32,000 nucleotides of DNA, from contig NZ_CP019633.1 of the NCBI RefSeq assembly GCF_001997385.1, positions 90,001-122,000 of the forward strand, given 5' to 3'. The notes below the pieces were generated by a model. That model was not told where the DNA came from and ran no database searches. It worked only from the letters and a program-made list of their open reading frames with translations. Below, in pieces: positions 22,448 to 31,900 of this stretch. Within the stretch, counting starts at the first letter, position 1. Each line of letters starts with the position of its first letter. Source of the stretch: Sedimentisphaera cyanobacteriorum (GTDB lineage: Bacteria > Planctomycetota > Phycisphaerae > Sedimentisphaerales > Sedimentisphaeraceae). The position numbers were made by a program, and so were the translations under genes.

Positions 22448-24092
22448 GAACCTAAAAAGTGAAATTGATCAGCTCCTTTATTTAACTCTGGAAGACAAAG
22501 CCTCCCCTGAACAGACCGAACGTCTAAACAGGCTTATGGCCGGCAGCGAAGAGGTTATGAGCTATGCAGCTGATTATTATTCGCTTGCTTCTCGTTTGAA
22601 AAAGAGCAATGCTATTGCCCTGGCATCACTGAACAGCCCAGAAGAAACCAATGAGCTGTTCAATGTTCTCGAAGAGCTCGCAGCGCAGGAGCAGTTCGCC
22701 CCGAAGGTTGAGGCTTGCAGAGAATGTGAATCCGGGGCAGAAGAGAAGATAGAAAAATTCAAGCCGGTAGCAGGGACGGAGAGGGTAAATAAATTTATGC
22801 TTGTTTCCACAGCCGCTTCAGTTGCAGCGCTTTTGCTGATAATAATATATGCCCAGATCTTTCCCGCAAAGCAGCCGGTAGCGAGGCTGAAGGATTCTAT
22901 CGGAGCCCAGTGGCAGGGTGCTCGAAATAATTTTGAAATTGGAGATGTGTTTACCAACGCAGCAGATCCGATAACTCTCAAGGAAGGCTATGCAGAGATT
23001 CAATTTGATTACGGCGCTTCTGTGGTGATTGAAGCCCCGAGCGAATTTTTCTGCAAATCAGATAATCAGATCTTTATGGAATACGGAAGCCTGTATGCAA
23101 GAGTGCCCCCGGAGGCTGTGGGATTTACCGTTGATACGGGAACATCAAGGATTGTAGATTTAGGCACAGAATTTGGAGTTAAAGCAGGAGCAGATACTCA
23201 GCTGCATGTTCATAAGGGTGAAACCAGGCTCTTGGCAGGGCAGGGCAACAGCAGACATAACTATTCAGTTCTTGCAGGGGAGGCTAAAAAGATGCTTCCA
23301 AGCTCAGCAGATGTGCAGGATATTGAGCTCAGCAAATATATGTTCGTTAAGCAGATTAACTCCGAAACAAACCTGATTCGCAGAGGGCAGTATTATATTG
23401 ATCTGGCAGATATAGTTTCCGCTGGCAACGGTTTTGGAAGCGGCAGGGAAGCTGTTGAGCTGAATCCAGCAAGCGCAGAATTCTCTAAAATATCATCAGA
23501 AGACCGGACTGCAGACAACAGATTCAGAAGCGTTAAAAGCCCGTTCATTGATGGGGTGTTTGTTCCTAACGGGGCTCTCAGGCAGATAATTGCCTCAGCA
23601 GGCCACCTTTTCAAGCAGTGTCCTGAAACCATGGGCAACTACTATGTGGGCATTACTGAAAACCTGAACCGACTTGACGACCGCCCTATAGAACTAAACG
23701 GCATCGATTACGGAAAAGACAAAAATTCTTCGATCTTTATGCATGCTAATATCGGTATTACATTCGATCTGGAGGCTCTTAGAAACCAGCTTGACGGCGC
23801 ATCTCTTAGAAATTTCAAGGCTGATATTGGCGTGTGCAATTCATCTTGGCAGCAGTGCAACGCAGATTTCTGGGTTCTGATAGACGGTGAGCTTAAATAC
23901 AGCAGAACAAACGTTACAGAAAAAGGCGTCATCGATTCTCTGAACATCAAAATAAACCCTGAAGACCGCTTCCTCACACTCGTTACCACTGACGGAGGCG
24001 ATCCAGAAGTATTGTATAAAGACGGCGAGCCGATTTACAGTATTCAAAGTGATTGGTGTATTTTTGCTGAACCGATGATATTGTTTGAATAA
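22431..24092 (+). CDS. FecR-family transmembrane anti-sigma factor with C-terminal NPCBM-like beta-sandwich
   Basis: 553-aa ORF overlapping the sigma gene by 17 nt (8 nt if the second Met is used). One TM helix (FMLVSTAASVAALLLIIIYAQIF). FecR core (FDYGASVVIEAPSEF...GFTVDTGTSRIVDLGTEFGVKA...HVHKGETRL). The C-terminal pattern HANIGITFDL...FKADIGVCNSS...FWVLIDGELKYS...LTLVTTDGGD...SDWCIFAEP resembles NPCBM/NEW2. Confidence 0.8.
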   Translation: MKDMNKNLKSEIDQLLYLTLEDKASPEQTERLNRLMAGSEEVMSYAADYYSLASRLKKSNAIALASLNSPEETNELFNVLEELAAQEQFAPKVEACRECESGAEEKIEKFKPVAGTERVNKFMLVSTAASVAALLLIIIYAQIFPAKQPVARLKDSIGAQWQGARNNFEIGDVFTNAADPITLKEGYAEIQFDYGASVVIEAPSEFFCKSDNQIFMEYGSLYARVPPEAVGFTVDTGTSRIVDLGTEFGVKAGADTQLHVHKGETRLLAGQGNSRHNYSVLAGEAKKMLPSSADVQDIELSKYMFVKQINSETNLIRRGQYYIDLADIVSAGNGFGSGREAVELNPASAEFSKISSEDRTADNRFRSVKSPFIDGVFVPNGALRQIIASAGHLFKQCPETMGNYYVGITENLNRLDDRPIELNGIDYGKDKNSSIFMHANIGITFDLEALRNQLDGASLRNFKADIGVCNSSWQQCNADFWVLIDGELKYSRTNVTEKGVIDSLNIKINPEDRFLTLVTTDGGDPEVLYKDGEPIYSIQSDWCIFAEPMILFE

Positions 24093-24228
24093 ATGAGTTA
24101 TGAAAGAGAGGTGCTTAGCGGTAAATGATTAGAAAAAGAGAAATGGTTATGAGAAAAATGGCGGATATCCTTCGGGAGGATATTCATAGAACTAAAATTT
24201 ATATGTTATGTTTTTAGGAGATTATATT

Positions 24229-26445
24229 GTGAACAGATTAAACTTAATTCTAATGATATTGCTGACACTTGCAGTGTCAACAGAATCATCAGCAGCAGTG
24301 AATCACCGCTACACATTCAACGATAATGCTGATGATGTGGTTGGCGGTCTTACAAGCACGCTTGTGGGAGATGCCTCTGTCTCCGGCGGAGAGCTTCTGC
24401 TCGACGGTACTGACGACTGGCTTGAGATGGATGCGGCAGGTATTGCAGCAAACACATATTCGGAGCTGACTATGGAGATGTGGTACACTCCGACAGCCGG
24501 CGGGAACACTGGCTTTACAATTCTCTCGTATTTGGGCGGTAATAATCCTGATTCCACATGGATGGGGATAAATTACTTCTTTATGACATCAGCCCGAGAA
24601 GATAATGTCAGCAGGGCGGCTATCTGTACTAACAATACAGCCGACCCGTGGGCTACAGAAACAGGTGTGAACGGAACAGAATACGATGATGCAGTGGAGC
24701 ATCATATGGCTGCCTCTATTGATGCTGATAAGATTTATTTCTATCTCGATGGAGATCTGGTCGGCACGGCTGAGCTTTCCGAAGACAACAATCTTAGCGA
24801 TGTTTCTAATGAGCTTGCCTATCTTGGTAAAGGCGGATATCTGAACGACCCGGAATGGTACGGCTCTATAAATGAATTCCGCATTTACGACAAGGTGCTC
24901 AATCCCAATGAGGTAACTTATACAAATCTCATTGGACCTGAGAGCCTTGCGGGTATTGTGATTAGAAGCTCTGTGCCTGAATACGGTGCTGATTTAGTTC
25001 CTCTCGATCAAACCCTTACTTGGACAACGGAAGCTTCAGTCGCAGTTGATCATTACAATGTCTATTTCGGGTCAGACCCCAACATTGCAGACTCGACTAT
25101 CAGCGATGTATCTTCATACGACCAGCTCGGTTCTTCTGCAGGCAAGAATCTTACATCTGCTGAATACACACCAGCCAGCGACATTACTATCGAAAACTCA
25201 ACTGATTACTACTGGCGTATTGATACTGTAGCCGCTGATTCCACAGTATATCAGGGTACAGGAAGAATGTACACTACTGTACCGGCCTCACCAGTTTTAA
25301 GTGATGTTTCGCCCCAGTATCAGCTGACTGCAAGCGGGGGAACAGAAGATGCAGTGTTCTCTGTTACGGAATTGAGCGATGTGGAAGGCGTAAACTATCA
25401 GTGGTATAAAGTTGGCGATACCGAAGATGTTATGCTATCGGATGATGCAGTGTACAGCGGTACAGCCACAGATACGCTTACAATAACCGGAGCAACGCCT
25501 GACGAAGAAGGCTACTACTACTGCACAGCGGAAAATTATGCCGGCTCTGATACAAGCGAAGATGCGCCGGGACGCCTTGTTACTCGCAGGCTCGTCCATC
25601 ATTATCCGCTCGAAACAATCAATATCGACGGTGAAACAAGAACTTCTCCTGATGCTGCAGGCGGGGCTGATATGTCTATCGTGAGCGAGGCAAACGATTC
25701 AGACGACGGGCTCGACTTCCCTGTAACAGATCCGAACGTGGTTAATGCTAATATCGGTCAGTACAGCGTTTTCTTCAACAACAGCGACGCTGAAGATCCG
25801 AACAACGCATACGGGCAGTATGCAACGCTTCCGGAAGGAATCGCAAACTATGAAGATATTACAATTTCTGCATGGGTTTACCGCAACGGCGGGAGTGAAT
25901 GGCAGCGCATTTTCGGATTCGGCAATGACACCTCCACCTATATGTATATGACTCCTGATTCCGGAGGAGATCCGGGATTTCGCTTCGTAATTAACGACGG
26001 CACAAGCGAGGTGGTTATGGAAACCTCAACTTGGGTTACCTCAGGCCAGTGGCATCATGTTGCCGTAACTCTCGGCGGGGATACCGGCAGACTGTTTCTA
26101 AATGGTGAACAGATTGCGATGAATGAATCGATGACGCCAAATCCAAACTCATTCAACCCGTCTAACAACCTAATCGGCGACAGCCAGTGGGAAGCTGACC
26201 CATACTATAACGGCCTCATGGATGATTTCAGGATCTATTCCTACGCGCTCACTCCAACAGAGATTGCTCAGCTTTACACAGACATAAAGACTGATGAATA
26301 TATCTGTGTGCCTGATGAGAACAATCCGATCAGCTATGATGTAAACGGCGACTGCCGCGTGGATCTAACTGATATGGTTGAGATTATGAGTGCTTGGCTG
26401 GATTGCGGACGTGTTAGTGAAGAAGCCTGTTCATGGTCTTACTAA
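24229..26445 (+). CDS. Secreted LamG - FN3-like - Ig-like - LamG protein with four-Cys dockerin-like C-terminal tail
   Basis: The ORF-track frame is 24208..26445. The in-frame GTG at 24229 sits 8 nt after AGGAG (24216..24220) and yields the signal peptide VNRLNLILMILLTLAVSTESSAA. Two Laminin_G_3-like units (FRIYDKVLNPNEV; WQRIFGFGND...WHHVAVT...MDDFRIYSYALTPTEIAQLY). Ig-like YQWYK...LTITGATPDEEGYYYCTAENYAG. Tail YDVNGDCRVDLTDMVEIMSAWLDCGRVSEEACSW. Confidence 0.85.
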   Translation: MNRLNLILMILLTLAVSTESSAAVNHRYTFNDNADDVVGGLTSTLVGDASVSGGELLLDGTDDWLEMDAAGIAANTYSELTMEMWYTPTAGGNTGFTILSYLGGNNPDSTWMGINYFFMTSAREDNVSRAAICTNNTADPWATETGVNGTEYDDAVEHHMAASIDADKIYFYLDGDLVGTAELSEDNNLSDVSNELAYLGKGGYLNDPEWYGSINEFRIYDKVLNPNEVTYTNLIGPESLAGIVIRSSVPEYGADLVPLDQTLTWTTEASVAVDHYNVYFGSDPNIADSTISDVSSYDQLGSSAGKNLTSAEYTPASDITIENSTDYYWRIDTVAADSTVYQGTGRMYTTVPASPVLSDVSPQYQLTASGGTEDAVFSVTELSDVEGVNYQWYKVGDTEDVMLSDDAVYSGTATDTLTITGATPDEEGYYYCTAENYAGSDTSEDAPGRLVTRRLVHHYPLETINIDGETRTSPDAAGGADMSIVSEANDSDDGLDFPVTDPNVVNANIGQYSVFFNNSDAEDPNNAYGQYATLPEGIANYEDITISAWVYRNGGSEWQRIFGFGNDTSTYMYMTPDSGGDPGFRFVINDGTSEVVMETSTWVTSGQWHHVAVTLGGDTGRLFLNGEQIAMNESMTPNPNSFNPSNNLIGDSQWEADPYYNGLMDDFRIYSYALTPTEIAQLYTDIKTDEYICVPDENNPISYDVNGDCRVDLTDMVEIMSAWLDCGRVSEEACSWSY

Positions 26446-26488
26446 TGCTGGTTAAATTAACGTTAATAAAATAACAGGAGAGCTTGTT

Positions 26489-28789
26489 ATGAGAAATATA
26501 ATAATTACATTATTGTTTACATTGGCAATGGTTATTGCGCTGCCCGCATCGGCAGCAACAGTTGCCCATTGGGATTTTGAAGACGGTGTTGCCGGCGAGC
26601 CTTTCACACCGGAAGGTGATGCCAGCGGCTCCGGCTATTCTGCAGATTTAGTTGCCGGTTATCCTATGTATGGCTGGGACGAATACTACGGCCCGTCCTA
26701 TTCTGATGTTACACCAACAGGTGAAGGCCTCAGTATGAGCGCTGATGCCAATCATCAGGACGGCTATGCAGCAGCCGAGGAACTTACCAGTTGGTCGCCA
26801 AGCGTATGGACAATCGAAGTGGCTGTTTATCTTGAAGAGATGGATGGCTGGGATACTATTATCGGAAGAGAGGGGTCTGCTGCTGGGAATGCGGCCGCAG
26901 ATTTCTATCTGTCAAATGACGGTGAGGATGATACTTTCCGTATTGATTTTATGACCGTTGGCGGCGAGCGTTGGGTATTAGACAGCGATTTTGTTCCGGT
27001 TATAAATCAATGGTACAGGATTGCAGTTACCTGTGACGGTGAGACTGTCAATATGTACTGCGACAAAATGGACGGCGAGGGATTTGTAAACGCAGGCACG
27101 CTCGACATTTCCTCTCAGAGCGTAGCTGATAACGCACTTGCTCAAAGCGGATTCAACTGGACATTCGGCCGTGGCTGGTACAATGGAAACCAAGCGGATC
27201 ATATTGACGGCTATATTGATGATGTCAGGTTCAGCGACGAAGTGCTGAGTAAAACCGAATTTCTCGGAGCTGATCTCTCTGCATACGATCCCGACCCTCA
27301 GCCTTATCACCCAGAGGACGGAACCGTAGGCAATATCCACGGCGATCAGGCGGCCTTAAGCTTCAACTTTAAAGCCGGCCCAGGCAAGGAAACAGCAGTT
27401 AACCCGGATATTCTCGTTCACTACATCTACCACACCAAGGGCGACGGCAGCGGCGATATGATCGAATCTCCATACACAGTTACCCATTCAGACTACAGCG
27501 ATCCGAACGTTTCATACGGGCCGCTGCTTCTTGAACAGGGGACTGATTATGAGTGGTACGTGGAAGAAGGCCTCGATGACGGCACCGGCAATCCTAAGCC
27601 CGCAGGAGACCCGAACAACTATTACAGCCCAACGTGGAGCTTCACTACTGTTTCCCACAAGCCCGGGTTCGTAAGCGGGCCGGAGAATGCCGTTGCAGAT
27701 GAGAACGGAAACTGTTCATTTACTGTAGAAGGCTCGCTCACAGCCGAGACTTACCAGTGGTTCGACGGCGAAACAGATGCGCCGCTCTCTGAAGGCGGTA
27801 TGTATTCGGGAACTACCACCCAAACCCTTACTATCACCGGAGGAACAATTGCTGATGAAGGCGAGGTTTACTGCGTCTGCTACAACGGCGATACTTCATC
27901 CGATCCGGTTAGTGCAAGGTGGTATATGCCTCGCCTGATAGGGCACTGGAAGTTCGACGGGAATCTCGAGGATTCTGTGAATGAAGTGTATCCAAGCGTT
28001 CCGTCTAATGACGGCGTTCTCGCTGTGCATGATTCAATCGCAGGTCCAGGCGACCCGAACTACGCAAGCAGTGAAGGTCAGACAGCAATCGACGGAGATG
28101 CCGCTTGGTTCTTCAACGACGGCGATTTCGTTGAGATTCCGAATCAGGACTACTACAACTTCTACCACGAAGGCTTCACTTTCAGCTGCTGGTATAAGAT
28201 GGATGAAACCGCCGGCTGGACTCACCCGATGATCAGGCTCGAACCGGGTAATACATCAGCGTCCGGAGTGCTTTTCGGTATTGATACCGGCGCCCGTCAG
28301 GACTGCCGTTTCATTATTGAAAATGCTCTGGGATGGCCGGGACTGAATTCTCACAATGCAGATGAGCCTGTAGCCTACAATGACGGTGAGTGGCATATGA
28401 TGACCGCAACTTATGACCCTGAAGACGGTACGGCAAAACTCTATGCAGACGGTACTTTCGTAGAAGAAATCGCTGCTGACATGAGCTCGCTGGGCTATCC
28501 GGATGCACCGTTCAGGATTGGCGGCTCCAATCTCGACGGCAACCCTGCCATTCAGGGCGGCGCGGATGATGCACGAATCTACAGCTATGCTCTAAGCGCT
28601 GAAGAAGTTGCTAATCTCTACGTTGATTTCAGGCCGGATGAATATGTATGCGTGGCAGAAGAAGGAAGCGATCTTGATCTTTACGACCTCAACGGCGACT
28701 GCCGCGTTAATCTTACCGATTTCGCTCTTGTCGCTCTCGACTGGCTCAAATGCAGCAGAGTTCCATATTCTGCCTGCGACTGGGAATAG
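26489..28789 (+). CDS. Secreted LamG - FN3-like - Ig-like - LamG protein with four-Cys dockerin-like tail (paralog)
   Basis: 766-aa ORF. RBS AGGAG upstream and a signal peptide. N-terminal WDFEDG-type LamG. Ig-like YQWFDG...LTITGGTIADEGEVYCVCYN. Second LamG (ADDARIYSYALSAEEVANLY). Tail YDLNGDCRVNLTDFALVALDWLKCSRVPYSACDW. Confidence 0.85.
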   Translation: MRNIIITLLFTLAMVIALPASAATVAHWDFEDGVAGEPFTPEGDASGSGYSADLVAGYPMYGWDEYYGPSYSDVTPTGEGLSMSADANHQDGYAAAEELTSWSPSVWTIEVAVYLEEMDGWDTIIGREGSAAGNAAADFYLSNDGEDDTFRIDFMTVGGERWVLDSDFVPVINQWYRIAVTCDGETVNMYCDKMDGEGFVNAGTLDISSQSVADNALAQSGFNWTFGRGWYNGNQADHIDGYIDDVRFSDEVLSKTEFLGADLSAYDPDPQPYHPEDGTVGNIHGDQAALSFNFKAGPGKETAVNPDILVHYIYHTKGDGSGDMIESPYTVTHSDYSDPNVSYGPLLLEQGTDYEWYVEEGLDDGTGNPKPAGDPNNYYSPTWSFTTVSHKPGFVSGPENAVADENGNCSFTVEGSLTAETYQWFDGETDAPLSEGGMYSGTTTQTLTITGGTIADEGEVYCVCYNGDTSSDPVSARWYMPRLIGHWKFDGNLEDSVNEVYPSVPSNDGVLAVHDSIAGPGDPNYASSEGQTAIDGDAAWFFNDGDFVEIPNQDYYNFYHEGFTFSCWYKMDETAGWTHPMIRLEPGNTSASGVLFGIDTGARQDCRFIIENALGWPGLNSHNADEPVAYNDGEWHMMTATYDPEDGTAKLYADGTFVEEIAADMSSLGYPDAPFRIGGSNLDGNPAIQGGADDARIYSYALSAEEVANLYVDFRPDEYVCVAEEGSDLDLYDLNGDCRVNLTDFALVALDWLKCSRVPYSACDWE

Positions 28790-28827
28790 AGAAAATCTGA
28801 GCTGAAAACTTAATTCACAATCCAAGC

Positions 28828-28861
28828 GCTCCGGCATATTATATGTGCCGGAGTGCATTTT
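28828..28861 (+). terminator. Candidate rho-independent terminator
   Basis: CTCCGGCA ... TGCCGGAG stem around an AT-rich loop (tattatatg), then tgcatttta. It lies about 40 nt after the stop at 28789. Confidence 0.45.
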
Positions 28862-28920
28862 ATGTTAGTTCAGTCTGCCATCCCATAAAATCATAAAAAT
28901 GGAATATGAGAGGTTATGAT

Positions 28921-31900
28921 ATGCGATTAAGCAATTATCTGATTTATATATTATTATTTTTTTCTTTACTGCTCACAAATTTATCAGCAGAAACAATAGC
29001 CCAGTGGGATTTTGAAGATGGAACAGAAGGTATGTCGTTTTCAGATATGCCCTCAGGGGGAAGTGTTGACGTTGTAAACGGCTATCTCCTGCTTGGCTAC
29101 GACAGCACCTACGGGCCGGCATTTGCCTCAGACGAAAGCCCAGCAGGCCTCTGCGGATACTGCAATGGACAGCAGGACGCTTACACAACCGAGTATGCCC
29201 TTAATGAATGGTCTCCGCAAACGTGGACAATAGAGATATCCGCGAAGCTTGAAGACCTCTCAGACTGGGAAACGTTCATCGGCAGAGACGGCTCTACCAA
29301 CGGAGACCCAGAAGCGGATTTCTATTTACAGAAAAACGATGTTGGCGGGCAGTTCCGCCTGAATTACGAAACTGTTTCAGGCGAGCGGTGGATACTTGAT
29401 TCTGATTTCACTGCTGAGGCTGATAACTGGTATCATCTTGCAGTTACCAGCGACGGACAAACCCTCACAATGTACTGCGATAAAACTGACGGCAGGGGCT
29501 TTCAGGTTGCAGGAACTCTCGATATATCCTCCCAAACCCCGGCAGAAAACGCTATGGCTGCAACTGATTACAGCTGGACTGTAGGCCGAGGCTGGTACGA
29601 CGGGAATAACGTCGATCATATCACAGGATTTTTTGATAATGTAAGATTCAGCGACAGCGTTTTATCTCCCAGCGAGTTTATGGCATACAGTCCTTTCTTG
29701 ATAACAGAGACAGAATCTGGTACTGTGCTTTTCCGAAGCGATACAGCCTGCACAGACAGCTACAGCATAGTTATGGCAGAGCAGCCTGAAGAGGATGTAG
29801 TGATAACTGCGAATCCGCCTGAAGGCCTAACCCTCGGCAGCGGCGACGGGCAGCCTGCAGATATTACGTTTACCTCGCAAAACTGGGACTCGCCTCAGCA
29901 GATAACTGTGCAAATTTCAGATCCATCCGCAAGCTTTGAAAATGCATCAATACAGCATACTGCTTCAAGCACCAGCTCCCGGTACGACGGACTTGCGATT
30001 AGAGATGTTGAGGTGCAGATTGCGGATGATTCCTGCGGGATATGGGGCTACCTCGAAGGTGATTACAATATGGACTGCAAGGTGGATATCGAGGATTATT
30101 CCATCTGTGCAGATATAAATCTTCTCAACGTGCCTCTTATCGGGCTGAAAGCCCTCGCTCACGACTGGCTTCTCAATACGCTCATCTACGACCAGCAGAT
30201 ATACAGCCGCTCGATTCAGGAGCTGGAAGAGCCTAACTTCATCGACACTTCAAACATACTTCACAAAGTTGACATAAATGTTTACGGGCATTTCCTCGAG
30301 CACATCTACCATTCGGTAAACGGCGGTCTTTGGGGAGAGATGATTTGGAACAGGAGCTTTGAGCTCACAGAAAACGGCGCAGGCACTTGGAGCAAAGAAA
30401 GCGGCGAGCTTATTCAGTCCAGCCTCGGAACTGACATTCATTTTGAATTCGGAGAGCAAAGCTGGACAGACTATGAGCTGACACTCGAGGCACGTAAGGA
30501 CGAAGGTGCTGAGGGATTTTTGATTGTTTTCAGAGCTGAAGACAGCGACAATTTATACTGGCTCAATCTGGGCGGATGGGAAAACTCTCAGCATGCAGTT
30601 GAGAAAGAAACTGACGGCGGCAGGTCAACTCTTGTATCTGCCGGAGGCAGTATAAATACTGATCAGTGGTATGATATTCGAATCCGCTGCGAAGGAAATA
30701 ATTTCGAGGTTTACGTAAATGAAAATCTCCTGTTTGACTTTTCAGACTCAACCTCACCTTTCCTGACAGGGCGGATAGGTCTTGGCAGCTGGGCGACCAA
30801 GGTTCGCTATCGCAATATTGAAGCTGCCGACCTCTCCGGCGAGAACGTATTATTCAGCGGTCTTCCAGACCTTCCGATTCAGCCTTTCAACGCAGAGTCT
30901 TGGCAGCTTTATGGCGATGTGGATGCATCCATATCATCTGATGCCCTTAACAACAGCTTAAGCGCAGAGCTTTCAGCTTCAGCCGGCGGGGCAGGCCTGC
31001 AGCAGAACAACTTCAAATTTACACAGCAGCCTTACCATGGCTCGCTTTGGGTTAAGGGGTCAATGCCCGATGGGCTTAAGATTGAATTTCTCGACGGAGA
31101 CACTGTTCTCGGACAGGAGATAATTCCCGCTCCGGAATCAGGCTGGGATGATTATCCCTTCTCAATAACGCCTTCTGCTGAAACTGAAAACGGCTCTATG
31201 CGAATTCTCTCGCAGGGTGCAGGCGATGTAAAGATCGATCAGGTTAGTATGATGGGGCAGGACTCTATAGATGCCGGCGGATTCAGACCTGATCTTCTCG
31301 AAGCGGTAGAAGGGCTCAGCCCGCCGATAATACGCTGGCCGGGAGGCTGTTTCGCTTCGCTTTATTTCTGGAAGGATGCCATCGGTCCTCAGCACGAGAG
31401 AACAATTTATCCCGCTTATATGTGGGACGATCAGGATATCAACTCCTACGGTACTGATGAATTTATCCGGATGTGCGAGAAAATCGGCTCAGAGCCTCTG
31501 CTTGTAATAAATACAGGCGTTTTAGACAGTGCATGCGGAGCGCCTGCTCAGTGGAAGCATTCAAACCCCGAGCAGTACCTCCAAGACGCTCTGGATTGGA
31601 TGGAATACTGCAACGGCTCCACAGACACAACATGGGGAGCAAAACGCGCCCAGAACGGGCATCCCGAGCCGTACAACGTAACCTACTGGGAGATTGACAA
31701 CGAAACTTGGGCAGCCGGTTCAGCGGCGTATATCGATAAAGTGCAGGCATTTGCACCTGCCCTCAGGCAGAAGGCGGATGAGCTGGGTGTTCCGATTAAG
31801 CTTATCGCTGTTGGCGGGGGAAGCTATGATATGAACTGGAACAGAGACATAATCGACAGCTGCGCCGAATTGATAGATTATATCAGCGTGCACCATTATG

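Noticed and set aside
21811-24170. Shared motif ATGGCG[A/G]AT upstream of the sigma gene (21814..21822) and the first LamG gene (24158..24166) as an ECF promoter element
   Set aside because: There are only two occurrences, with no matching -10 element at a consistent distance. A-rich context before ATGG is common near start codons in this window, so this is probably chance.
24125-24217. 30-codon small ORF (MIRKREMVMRKMADILREDIHRTKIYMLCF) and a 7-bp hairpin (24165..24183) between the anti-sigma and first LamG genes
   Set aside because: There is no RBS, the composition is low-complexity AT-rich, and the ORF ends inside the RBS region of the LamG gene. The hairpin lacks a T tract. It could be a leader element, but nothing supports it.
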